Assembly (NCBI GenBank): GCA_964484485.1
Contig: CAZAGD010000033.1
Span: forward strand, 1,238-65,237
Reading direction: 5' to 3'
DNA: 64,000 nt
From: an uncultured Syntrophaceae bacterium
GTDB lineage: Bacteria; Desulfobacterota; SM23-61
Below are positions 1-8,112 of this stretch, piece by piece. The notes below the pieces were generated by a model that did not search any database, was not told the origin of the DNA, and saw nothing but the letters and a program-made list of their open reading frames with translations. Each line of letters opens with the position of its first letter. Within the stretch, counting starts at the first letter, position 1. The translations under genes were made by a program, and so were the position numbers.

Positions 1-145
1 AAAATGAAGGGAGGATATTCTTATGCAATTCTTGCATTAATGAGTTGGGAACAAGTGAAGAAATATTCTCCCTTATTCCTGGAAAAAGGATTGATCTTTC
101 AAAGAACAAAGTTATGTCTAGGAAGAGGTAAGGGGGGTTAAAAAA

Positions 146-364
146 ATGGGAAGGAAAATGGTTAAATTTTTTCATGATATTAGAGACTGGGAATTAGAAG
201 AAGTGTTGCAGAAATTTTTAGATAAGGGGCACGAGATTATATCTATACATTATGCGGTCTGTTGGGCTGTGCATGCTCCGTTCGAGGTATATAGTGAAGA
301 TGGAAAGGTTTCTGATAGCTATCCTTTTCATAGTATATTGGTTATTTTCGAAGAGAAAAAATGA
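146..364 (+). CDS. hypothetical small protein (72 aa) overlapping by 4 nt with downstream DUF3987-like gene
   Basis: ORF track; GGGG RBS-like run upstream; translationally coupled (ATGA overlap) to 361..1527; no recognisable motif. Confidence 0.35.
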   Translation: MGRKMVKFFHDIRDWELEEVLQKFLDKGHEIISIHYAVCWAVHAPFEVYSEDGKVSDSYPFHSILVIFEEKK

Positions 365-1527
365 GTTTATTACAATTAGCCAACCCTAAAGATGGGTTTA
401 TTAAAGATTTTATAGAGGTGCTAAATAAGAAAACTGATGCTTCGTTAGCATTTAAGCTTTTCTGCGGAATAGTGCTTGTGGGAGTAGCCCTGGGTAGGAG
501 AATCTGGTTTCCCTATGGAGGGAAAAACCTTTATCCTAATCTTTATGTTTGCCTGTTGGGGGAGAGTGGTATTTCCCGGAAGAGCACCTGCATAAATATC
601 GTGAAGAAGGTTATTAGTCATTTTGAAGAGAATTTAATTGTCTCAGATCAATATTCGCCAGAGCGTTTATTTAAAGACTTATCAGAAAGGTCGCAAGCTA
701 TCTTTCTATATTCTGAATTTGCTGCTGTTTTAAAGTATTTTGAAAGGAGTTATATGGTGGGGATGAAAGAGTGTTTAACTGAGCTTTACGACTGTCCTCC
801 AAAATATAGGCGGAGGTTGCAGAAGGAAGAGATAGTTATTAAGGACCCTGTTATTTCTATTCTGGCGGGGAGCACTCCTGAATGGTTATTTGCAAATATG
901 ACAGAAGAAGATATCCTGGGTGGATTCTTTGGCAGGTTTATTTATGTTATGGAGAGGGAGAGAAAAGAGTTTATTGCTTTGCCGCCTGGAATTAAAGATG
1001 GAGAAATTCACGATTTAGCTGGGCAATTGAATGAGATAAGGCAGGTGGAGGGAGAGGTAAAGATTGATAAGGTGGAGTGGGTATTTGAAAGATTTTCCCA
1101 AGAGAATTATGAAGAAATTTTAAAATCCGGGTCCTCTGGGATAAAAAAAGCTTTTTTAGTGCGGCTCCCTGAGTTTCTCCTCAAAATAGCGATGATTTAC
1201 CATTTTTCTAATTCCAGGGTGCTTAATATTTCGCCTGAAGCGATGAATAATGCTTTGGCTTTAGTAGGATATGTTAAAGAGGCATTAAAGAAGTCTTTGG
1301 AAGAGGACCTGGCCTTGACGCCTGAAATGAGGAACAGGATTAAAATACTTAAGCTTATCCAAAAGGAGCCAGGAATAGAACATGGAAAGCTTTTAAGGAA
1401 TAGCAATTTAACTTCTAAGCAGGTTCATGCCATAATTAATCATCTATTGGAGGAAGGGTCTATTCATATTGAAGGAAAGGGGAGAAAGAATGACCCGAAG
1501 AGGTATTTTGCTGTAAATTTTCTATAA
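361..1527 (+). CDS. DUF3987-like P-loop protein (phage/plasmid primase-helicase associated replication protein) with C-terminal winged-helix
   Basis: Motifs LLGESGISRKST (degenerate Walker A), ILAGSTPEW, GGFFGRF typical of DUF3987/VirE-like replication proteins of satellites and plasmids; C-terminal wHTH-like segment; lies in integrase/tRNA-bounded element. Confidence 0.55.
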   Translation: MSLLQLANPKDGFIKDFIEVLNKKTDASLAFKLFCGIVLVGVALGRRIWFPYGGKNLYPNLYVCLLGESGISRKSTCINIVKKVISHFEENLIVSDQYSPERLFKDLSERSQAIFLYSEFAAVLKYFERSYMVGMKECLTELYDCPPKYRRRLQKEEIVIKDPVISILAGSTPEWLFANMTEEDILGGFFGRFIYVMERERKEFIALPPGIKDGEIHDLAGQLNEIRQVEGEVKIDKVEWVFERFSQENYEEILKSGSSGIKKAFLVRLPEFLLKIAMIYHFSNSRVLNISPEAMNNALALVGYVKEALKKSLEEDLALTPEMRNRIKILKLIQKEPGIEHGKLLRNSNLTSKQVHAIINHLLEEGSIHIEGKGRKNDPKRYFAVNFL

Positions 1528-1611
1528 GTAATTGATAATATTATATATTTTAAAAATCGAATTCGCGCGCGATGTATACCCCCTGTAAGTTACTATAAGA
1601 GTAAGGGATTT

Positions 1612-1790
1612 TTATACGAACGAATTTATTGAATATTTTCTTTAATAATTTCAATATGTTATGCGTTCGTAAATGCGTTCGTAAAATATCTTAGTTACGA
1701 ACGCATTTTTCTGAGTAATATCATAGAATTAGGCTAAAAATTCGTTAAAATGAGTTCGTTCACTTCTCCCTCAAACGAATTCAAAGAAAT
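1612..1790. repeat. AT-rich iteron-like repeat block (TGCGTTCGTAA x2 direct plus inverted TTACGAACGCA; AACGAATTT / AAATTCGTT inverted pair)
   Basis: Read directly: 1659-1683 two tandem ATGCGTTCGTAA, 1696-1708 inverted copy, 1615-1626 ACGAACGAATTT vs 1739-1751 AAATTCGTTAAAA; located immediately downstream of the rep-like gene. Confidence 0.5.
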
Positions 1791-1892
1791 GTCAATTTTT
1801 TGACAAATGAAATTATATTCCTTATATCGCGTGCAAAGATCCTATTTTTTTGATTGACTTAAAACATATGGAAAAATAGAATACCTTAAAAG

Positions 1893-2005
1893 GTTTAAAC
1901 CACCCCCTCCCCGGGTATTAATAAATGGAGTCTCGAAAAGTCTTTCGGATAAAAAATAGTCTTTGAATCTGTCTTCATTCTTCCATGGTGGATTTACTCG
2001 AGATT
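1893..2005 (+). pseudogene. truncated duplicate of the 5' end (and upstream leader) of the AbrB-like gene at 3707
   Basis: ~85% nt identity between 1925-2005 and 3707-3790 (ATGGAGTCTCG.AA.GTCTTT..GATAAAAAATAGT.TTTG.AT.TGTCTTC.TTCTTC.ATGGT...GAGATTA.AA); upstream leaders also similar; copy at 1925 hits a stop after 13 codons. Confidence 0.6.
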
Positions 2006-2057
2006 AGAAGATAGATTATGCGTGAGTTAGCATATTACAAGAAAAGAGGAAAAAATA

Positions 2058-2690
2058 ATGTCTACCCGCTTAGCAGAAATATTCGCAGATGATAAACTAA
2101 CTGAGAAGATAAAAAGACGCTTACCTTACTTATTTCAGCTTGCAGAGTTAGAAAGTTCAAGAGCGGGTAAAACTGGAATGGAAGTTGGCTCAATTAGAGA
2201 AAGGATAATAGTGGCTTTGTTGATTTATAAATTCGGAGAAGAAAATGTGGAAACAGAAATACCGATTACTGAATCAGAAATAGATGCAAAATTATTTGGG
2301 GAGCCTATATCAATCAAAACGATCACGGGTAAGAATTTGGGCGGTGTCAAACTTATATGGACTGTGGATGCTCAGAAGGCAAAAGAATTTCGTGAGAACT
2401 ATTATCCCCATTGCGATATTTTACTTGTTCAAATCAACTGGAATGATAAAGGGGGATTTTATTACATCCCATTATCAACTCAGAAAATGCTTTTTAATAG
2501 AATAGGCAGAGAAAACTATATCAAGCTTCCAAAACCTGGAACAAATCCCAGAGGTGTAGAAATTACTAAAGAGGCATTATCCAGTTTAATTGAAGCAGAA
2601 GATTCAAAAAGCATCTCAATAATCTGGCAAAGAACAAAAATTGAGTTCAATTGCTATAAAAGATGGGTGGATCTATGGAGGGAAGAATAA
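2058..2690 (+). CDS. putative type II restriction endonuclease (R subunit of R-M pair)
   Basis: 210-aa ORF whose stop overlaps the RBS of the downstream methyltransferase; no other family recognisable; assignment by genomic context only. Confidence 0.4.
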   Translation: MSTRLAEIFADDKLTEKIKRRLPYLFQLAELESSRAGKTGMEVGSIRERIIVALLIYKFGEENVETEIPITESEIDAKLFGEPISIKTITGKNLGGVKLIWTVDAQKAKEFRENYYPHCDILLVQINWNDKGGFYYIPLSTQKMLFNRIGRENYIKLPKPGTNPRGVEITKEALSSLIEAEDSKSISIIWQRTKIEFNCYKRWVDLWREE

Positions 2691-2691
2691 A

Positions 2692-3636
2692 ATGGGATTT
2701 AATAGAAGAAAATATGGCACAAAAACAAGTGCATTCGGTTCTCCGGGAAGAATTAATCATGATTCCACTCCTTTTTATACAAGCAAATTGTATGAGGAAT
2801 TGCCCAAAGAGGAGGCAGTCGAATATGTAGAAAATGCCGTTCCATCAGAGTTTATAGATAAAATCATTTGTAAATCTAGTGAAAAAATGAATGAATTACC
2901 TGATAATAGCATTCATTTGATGGTTACATCTCCTCCTTACAATGTAGGAAAAGAATATGACGAGAATCTCACTTTAAATGAATACAGGTCATTCTTAAAA
3001 AGAGTTTGGAGTGAAGTTAGAAGAGTGCTCGTTCCTGGCGGGAGAGTATGTATCAATATTGCTAATCTTGGAAGAAAACCATACATCCCGCTTCATGCTT
3101 TTATAATTGATGATATGCTTGATTTAGGTTTTTTAATGAGAGGAGAAATAATTTGGAATAAAGCATCAAGTGGTAGTCCTTCAACTGCTTGGGGTAGCTG
3201 GCTTTCTGCTAAGAACCCAACGCTTAGGGACATTCACGAATACATTTTGGTCTTTTCGAAAGGAATGTTTTCTAGAGGAAGTTATGTCAAAAGAAAAAGC
3301 ACCATTTCTAAGGAAGAATTTCTTGAGTTTACGAAAAGTGTATGGACATTTGCTGCTGAGCCAGCATCGAAAATAGGACATCCAGCGCCTTTTCCAGTTG
3401 AATTACCTTACAGATTAATTCAGCTTTACACTTTTGAAGGTGAAGTTGTTTTAGACCCTTTTGTAGGAAGCGGGCAAGCTGCAATTGCAGCGATAAAAAC
3501 AAGACGCCACTATGTTGGATACGATATAAACCGAGAATATGTAAAATTGGCGGAAAAAAGAATTAAAGAATTTTCATTAGCGTTTAATGCACCTAAATTG
3601 TTTGAATTCAGAGAGAAATCAGGCAATTTGATATAA
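2692..3636 (+). CDS. DNA methyltransferase, beta-class amino-MTase (N4-cytosine or N6-adenine)
   Basis: Motif IV SPPY (MVTSPPYNVGKEY) preceding motif I FVGSGQ (DPFVGSGQAAIA) = beta-class order; GGAGGG RBS 9 nt upstream of ATG 2692 (ORF track start 2641 probably too early). Confidence 0.85.
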   Translation: MGFNRRKYGTKTSAFGSPGRINHDSTPFYTSKLYEELPKEEAVEYVENAVPSEFIDKIICKSSEKMNELPDNSIHLMVTSPPYNVGKEYDENLTLNEYRSFLKRVWSEVRRVLVPGGRVCINIANLGRKPYIPLHAFIIDDMLDLGFLMRGEIIWNKASSGSPSTAWGSWLSAKNPTLRDIHEYILVFSKGMFSRGSYVKRKSTISKEEFLEFTKSVWTFAAEPASKIGHPAPFPVELPYRLIQLYTFEGEVVLDPFVGSGQAAIAAIKTRRHYVGYDINREYVKLAEKRIKEFSLAFNAPKLFEFREKSGNLI

Positions 3637-3706
3637 TAATTTGGCTTTAAAGGCTTAAATCACCTCAGTCCCGAAGGCTAGAGAGACTGAATGAGGAAAG
3701 AGAGGT

Positions 3707-4099
3707 ATGGAGTCTCGGAAGGTCTTTAAGATAAAAAATAGTTTTTGCATTTGTCTTCCTTCTTCGATGGTAGAGATGCTTGAGATTAAAAAAGGTGATA
3801 GGTGTCAGTTTCTCTTGCTTCCTGGTTATGGGCTTTTAGTTAAGAAAGAAGGAATGGCCGATAGCTTTCATGCGCAAATGGAGGCTATTTCTGATTTGAG
3901 GCAGGAAGCTGATAATATTTTTCATGACTTTAGGCGTAAGGCACGGGGTTTGGTTCACCAGTTTGGTTTTAGGTTAGCTGAAGAATATATTAGTGCCTTA
4001 TTGGATAATTTAAAACGTCCTGCCCAAAGTTTTTTGGCAGAAGAGCAAAAGGTTCCCGACCTTCTTCTAAGTGGGGAAGAAGAAAAGAAGAAGAGTTGA
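3707..4099 (+). CDS. AbrB/MazE (SpoVT-AbrB swapped-hairpin) family DNA-binding protein
   Basis: N-terminus VFKIKNSFCICLPSSMVEMLEIKKGDRCQFLL matches swapped-hairpin beta-barrel pattern; helical C-terminal extension. Confidence 0.45.
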   Translation: MESRKVFKIKNSFCICLPSSMVEMLEIKKGDRCQFLLLPGYGLLVKKEGMADSFHAQMEAISDLRQEADNIFHDFRRKARGLVHQFGFRLAEEYISALLDNLKRPAQSFLAEEQKVPDLLLSGEEEKKKS

Positions 4100-4323
4100 G
4101 CTGAATAAAAAAGGATAGAAAAGATGAAATCATCTTTTAAACTAATCTGCGCAGAAGACCCTAAGATATTAGGAATTGAGAAAAAGAATGGAGATTGGGA
4201 TTAAAACGCATTAGCTGAGCACATAAAAAAATGTGCGGCCTGAAGAGTTTATAAAGAGCAATTAAAGAAGGATTTAGCTAAATTACTAAGGATAGGCTCC
4301 CATAAAAAGAAAGGGCGAGTAAA

Positions 4324-4557
4324 ATGAATAAGAAGCAAAGATGGGTTTTGATTATAGGTGGAATAATCATTGCACAAATGTTATTAAATCCGCCTTTTGA
4401 ATATAAAACTTTAAATGGCGTAACTTATAGTGGGGGATATGGTTGTCTTTTCACGGATTATGGGAGTGGAAAAGGTGTTAATTTAAGTTTATTATTTACG
4501 CAATGGATAGGAGTAATTTTAATATGTGCTATTTTATGGATTGTTTTTAAAAATTGA
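4324..4557 (+). CDS. small membrane protein (2 predicted TM helices)
   Basis: 77 aa, two hydrophobic stretches (VLIIGGIIIAQMLL; GVILICAILWIVF). Confidence 0.35.
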   Translation: MNKKQRWVLIIGGIIIAQMLLNPPFEYKTLNGVTYSGGYGCLFTDYGSGKGVNLSLLFTQWIGVILICAILWIVFKN

Positions 4558-4639
4558 GAATAAAGAATTAAAGCAGTAATTTAGGGGAAAAAGCCATGCA
4601 TTTTTAATCTCTTCTCTTTCCCCAACTAATTATAGAAGG

Positions 4640-5360
4640 GGGTTGAGGGGGAAACGAATTTAGCTGGGGTAGGGGGACTCCAGCGTTAAGAATTTGTTTC
4701 CCCTCATAGCTGCCGCCGCTTTCACCAATGAAAATAGAATGAATGCTAAAGCGGCGAGACCCCGTCCGCCATGATTTTGACGGCTTAGCTGAATAATTAA
4801 GAGAAGAGCGAGAATAAAATTAAATTAAGCTAAAACTTTTCCTTCCCGCAAGGCTCAAGGATTGAGCCCATGGAGAAGGGAAAGTTTTCTCCTTTACAAA
4901 ATTTAGAATAAAGAGGCGGTTTAAAATTGTGCTGGGGGTATCAGGGCTTTGCTTAACCCACTTGGGTGGGCAATTTAGGAAGGGGGTTAAGTGGCCTGAT
5001 ACCAGCCAATTTTGCCTCTTTATTTTAAATTTTGTTTTTTTGGGGGTTGGGTGGGAAAAGAAAAAATTAATCGCGGGGCTTGGGTAAGTGAAAAAATACC
5101 TTTGTTCCGCCCAAAGGCGAAAAAAGCAAAAAGGCTTGGTAGGCCGAGGCTCTGGGTTAAGCCCCCTCCCGCTCCCTATCGGGATCCGGATCCTTGAGGG
5201 CTTAACCTTTCGTCGTTACCGACTCAACCACTCGCCCTTGCCTACAATGCTCCCACCTGGTCGCATTGCTTAACGGCAATGGCTCGGGCAGACCCTCGGC
5301 CTACCAAGCCTTTTTGCCGATCAAAAAAACTTTTTTTCTTACCCAAGCCCCGCAAAAGCT
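4640..5360. ncRNA. candidate large structured RNA or origin-like region: chain of hairpins with nested near-perfect long inverted repeats
   Basis: No ORF >60 aa other than two implausible ones. Hairpins 4644-4704, 4713-4757, 4846-4891. Perfect 11-bp IR 4908-4918/5015-5025 with nested 9- and 8-bp stems. Outer 16-23-bp IR 5073-5096/5330-5353 enclosing perfect 24-bp IR 5126-5151/5293-5311. Recurrent GCTTAAC/GTTAAGC motif. Confidence 0.3.
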
Positions 5361-5965
5361 GCGGCGGCCGCGGCCACATTTTTTTTAATTGAAATTAAAA
5401 CTTTTTAAAGAGAAGCAGTGTAGGATGTTATAAAGGTCTCTCCCAAACCGGGAAACCTCCGCTTACCAGAATAAAGGTAAAAAAGCTAAAAATTAAATTT
5501 TTCCTTTTTTAAGAAATAAGCGAAAGAGACTCGGGCTTAAATTATCGGATTAGCGCAAATATATAAATGCTATTCGAAAAAATGAGTGCGCCATTATACC
5601 AAATCAGTCTTAAAAGATTAGAGATTAGGCTTTAAAATTTGATACCTAACTCAATAATGCTTTTCAAAGAAGATATAAGGCATAGTCAAGTTATAAGTTC
5701 AAGGATTACCTTTAAGCGCTGAGATTTTTCCCGGGATGAATTGAGAAAAAAATTTCTTAAAAAAAAGGGTTCTTCCTTAATTTTGGGGGATGCTTTGATA
5801 TTGTCCGCCATAAAAAGTCTCGTCTAATGGGCTATTATTAAGCCGGGTATTCAAAAAAAATTATTTTTCTATCAAAAAATAATGCTTGACAAGAAAAAAT
5901 TAGTAAGTTATGCTTATAAGTAAGATAGGTATTTAAGATTTAGATATTATGGTGGGGGTGGATGA

Positions 5966-6124
5966 ATGAAAAAGGAAGAGAAAAAATCGAAATCAGTAAG
6001 GTTGCAGGTTCAGCTTGACCCAGAGATAATGAGAGCATTAAGAAGAAGGGCAGCCGATGAATTAAAGACAGTCAGGAAATTAATAATTGAATGGGTGCAG
6101 AGCTGGTCTAAAGAAAAGAAATAG
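5966..6124 (+). CDS. small RHH/Arc-like putative DNA-binding protein (52 aa)
   Basis: ATG 5966 preceded by GGTGGGGGTGG; translation MKKEEKKSKSVRLQVQLDPEIMRALRRRAADELKTVRKLIIEWVQSWSKEKK has beta-strand then two helices typical of ribbon-helix-helix; below ORF-track cutoff. Confidence 0.35.
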   Translation: MKKEEKKSKSVRLQVQLDPEIMRALRRRAADELKTVRKLIIEWVQSWSKEKK

Positions 6125-6157
6125 GATTGGCGGGTGGGCCTGGAAAGGAGGTCCATA

Positions 6158-6280
6158 ATGAAAAAAAGAATAAAGAAAATATTAAGGGAAATCAAAGAGC
6201 AATGCCGTATTGTTATGGAGGATCGGCGGATAAAAGAGAACGATTGGATTGTGGCTCGATTGGGGTTGCATAATATTTAG
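6158..6280 (+). CDS. small basic protein (40 aa), possible partner of RHH ORF
   Basis: AAAGGAGG RBS 7 nt upstream of ATG 6158; MKKRIKKILREIKEQCRIVMEDRRIKENDWIVARLGLHNI. Confidence 0.25.
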   Translation: MKKRIKKILREIKEQCRIVMEDRRIKENDWIVARLGLHNI

Positions 6281-6474
6281 AGCTCTGCGATCTTGGGGAA
6301 AAAGAAGTTGAAAAAGATCCTTGAATAAAAAATTAATGGCGCCACCCGGAACCGGCTAAGGAACCAAGGAGCGCCCGGGCAGGCATGCCAATTAACTGGC
6401 CCACCCACCATTTTATTTATAGCACGGATTGATATGGGAGAGCAATAAAAAATGGAAAAAAATGGAGGTAGTCC

Positions 6475-7539
6475 ATGGGTGTTTATAAAAGGGGGAATGT
6501 TTATTACATAGATTATTATTTTGAGGGAAATAGGATTCGGGAGCGAGTGGGTAAGAATAAAAGACAAGCTGAGTTGGCTCTTGCTTCAAGGAAAGGGGAG
6601 ATTGCTCAAGGGAAATTTAATCTTGAGCGAGTAAAAAAGACTCCTTATTTTGAAGAATTTGCCAAGGAATATTTAGATTGGGCCAAAATCAATCATCGCT
6701 CTTGGGAAAGAATGGATGCAGTGCGGATAAAATGTTTATCGAATTTTTTTTCAGGGAGGCGCTTAAATGAAATCACGCCTTGGCTCATAGAGAAATTTAA
6801 ATCAGAGAGGAAAGATAAAGTAAAGCCGGCGACAATTAACCGAGAGTTGGCCGTGCTCTCGGCCATGCTTTCTCGGGCGATAGAATGGGGGAAGCTTAAT
6901 GAGCATCCTATGAAAGGTGGAAAGGTTAAAAAACTAAGAGAAGATGGCCATAAAGAAAAGATATTAACTGAAGAAGAAGAGAGTCGGCTTTTATCTGTGT
7001 GTAGAGGATGGTTTAAAGAAATGGTGGTTATAGCCTTAGATACCGGAATGCGTCTATCAGAGATAATTGAATTAAAAAAAGAGGATATTGACCTTAATAA
7101 TCATTTAATAAAAGTGAAACATACCAAAAGCGGCAGAGAGAGGAAAATTCCCTTAACTGAAAGAGTATTCTCCATACTGGCAGAGAGGATTAAAGAAGTT
7201 AAAGATTCGGAATTTATTTTTGCCAAAGGAAATGGAAATAAGTTATGGGCTGTAAGGAGTGCCTTTCTTAGGGCTTGTAAGAGAGCTGGTTTTGTTGGTT
7301 TGAGGTTTCATGATCTGCGGCATACCTTTGCTACTCGCTTAGTAACTTCCGGAATTGACCTGGCCACGGTGCAAAAATTACTTGGTCATGAAAATATTCA
7401 AATGACCTTGAGATATTCGCATCCAAGGTCTGAGGATATGAAGCGGGCCATAAAAATTCTTGAGAAGAATGCGGAGAGCAGTCACAAAATGGTCACAAAA
7501 GATGAAATGAAATTATTAAATCTTTGTATAACCCCTTGA
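6475..7539 (+). CDS. int: tyrosine site-specific integrase (phage integrase family)
   Basis: C-terminal catalytic motifs [11 protein letters not shown] and [14 protein letters not shown] (R-H-R-Y); N-terminal arm/SAM-like domain; ends 7 nt from tRNA 3' end. Confidence 0.9.
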   Translation: MGVYKRGNVYYIDYYFEGNRIRERVGKNKRQAELALASRKGEIAQGKFNLERVKKTPYFEEFAKEYLDWAKINHRSWERMDAVRIKCLSNFFSGRRLNEITPWLIEKFKSERKDKVKPATINRELAVLSAMLSRAIEWGKLNEHPMKGGKVKKLREDGHKEKILTEEEESRLLSVCRGWFKEMVVIALDTGMRLSEIIELKKEDIDLNNHLIKVKHTKSGRERKIPLTERVFSILAERIKEVKDSEFIFAKGNGNKLWAVRSAFLRACKRAGFVGLRFHDLRHTFATRLVTSGIDLATVQKLLGHENIQMTLRYSHPRSEDMKRAIKILEKNAESSHKMVTKDEMKLLNLCITP

Positions 7540-7545
7540 AATTAC

Positions 7546-7622
7546 TGGCGCGCCCAGCCCGACTCGAACGGGCGACCTACGGATTCGTAGTCCGGCGCTC
7601 TATCCAACTGAGCTATGGGCGC
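7546..7622 (-). tRNA. tRNA-Arg (anticodon ACG)
   Basis: Reverse complement GCGCCCATAGCTCAGTTGGATAGAGCGCCGGACTACGAATCCGTAGGTCGCCCGTTCGAGTCGGGCTGGGCGCGCCA folds as cloverleaf: 7-bp acceptor, D-arm GCTC/GAGC, anticodon loop CTACGAA, T-arm GCCCG/CGGGC, encoded CCA. Confidence 0.9.
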
Positions 7623-7752
7623 GCCCTTAAATAATAAAATACCAGTATCTTTTACCCTTGTCAAATATTGGGTAAAACGCATCTCTCTTTTTTGATCAAT
7701 CCTTCTTGATTGTTCAATAAATTTTATTAGTTATGTTTGTCCAAGAATAAGT

Positions 7753-7917
7753 TTAACTTTTCTTGGAGGTCTTGGTTTGAAAAGTCGTCACCTGCTGCTT
7801 TACTTTCTTACTCTTACAGTCCGGACATTGAAAATCTTTTTTTTCATACTCTTTAAAAGAAATGTTTAAAACAAAAGGTTTACAACAATCTTCGCAAATA
7901 AACTCATAAACAGGCAT
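7753..7917 (-). CDS. FmdB-family zinc-ribbon putative regulatory protein (54 aa)
   Basis: Translated by hand: MPVYEFICEDCCKPFVLNISFKEYEKKDFQCPDCKSKKVKQQVTTFQTKTSKKS; CxxC...CxxC with MPxYEFxC start typical of FmdB family; AGGAGG RBS 7 nt upstream; missed by 60-aa ORF cutoff. Confidence 0.5.
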   Translation of the reverse strand: MPVYEFICEDCCKPFVLNISFKEYEKKDFQCPDCKSKKVKQQVTTFQTKTSKKS

Positions 7918-8112
7918 AAATCATCCTCCTTCTTTTTTAAGAGTTTATCCGCTAAAGCAGAATTCCTTTTTAATATAAGCATGATCAAAAGGGCTATCAA
8001 TGCCAAGGCCTCAAAGAGGCTAAAATTTTTTAAAAATTTTATAGCAGGCCCGTTTATTTTTTCTTTCCTCAAATTATATTTATATTAGCTTAAGGTAAGG
8101 TTTTGAGCAAGG

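Noticed and set aside
5012-5273. Two overlapping 61-aa ORFs (5012..5197, 5088..5273) inside the inverted-repeat block
   Set aside because: Low-complexity Pro/Arg/Lys-rich translations lying across perfect palindromes, no RBS, different frames overlapping; more likely non-coding structured DNA/RNA
5073-5353. Retron msr-msd interpretation of the nested inverted repeats
   Set aside because: Retron ncRNAs are immediately followed by a reverse-transcriptase gene; none exists within 2 kb (next genes are tiny RHH-like ORFs and the integrase)
7866-8072. 68-aa minus-strand ORF downstream of tRNA
   Set aside because: Overlaps in another frame the better-supported FmdB-type zinc-ribbon ORF (7753..7917) that has a canonical RBS
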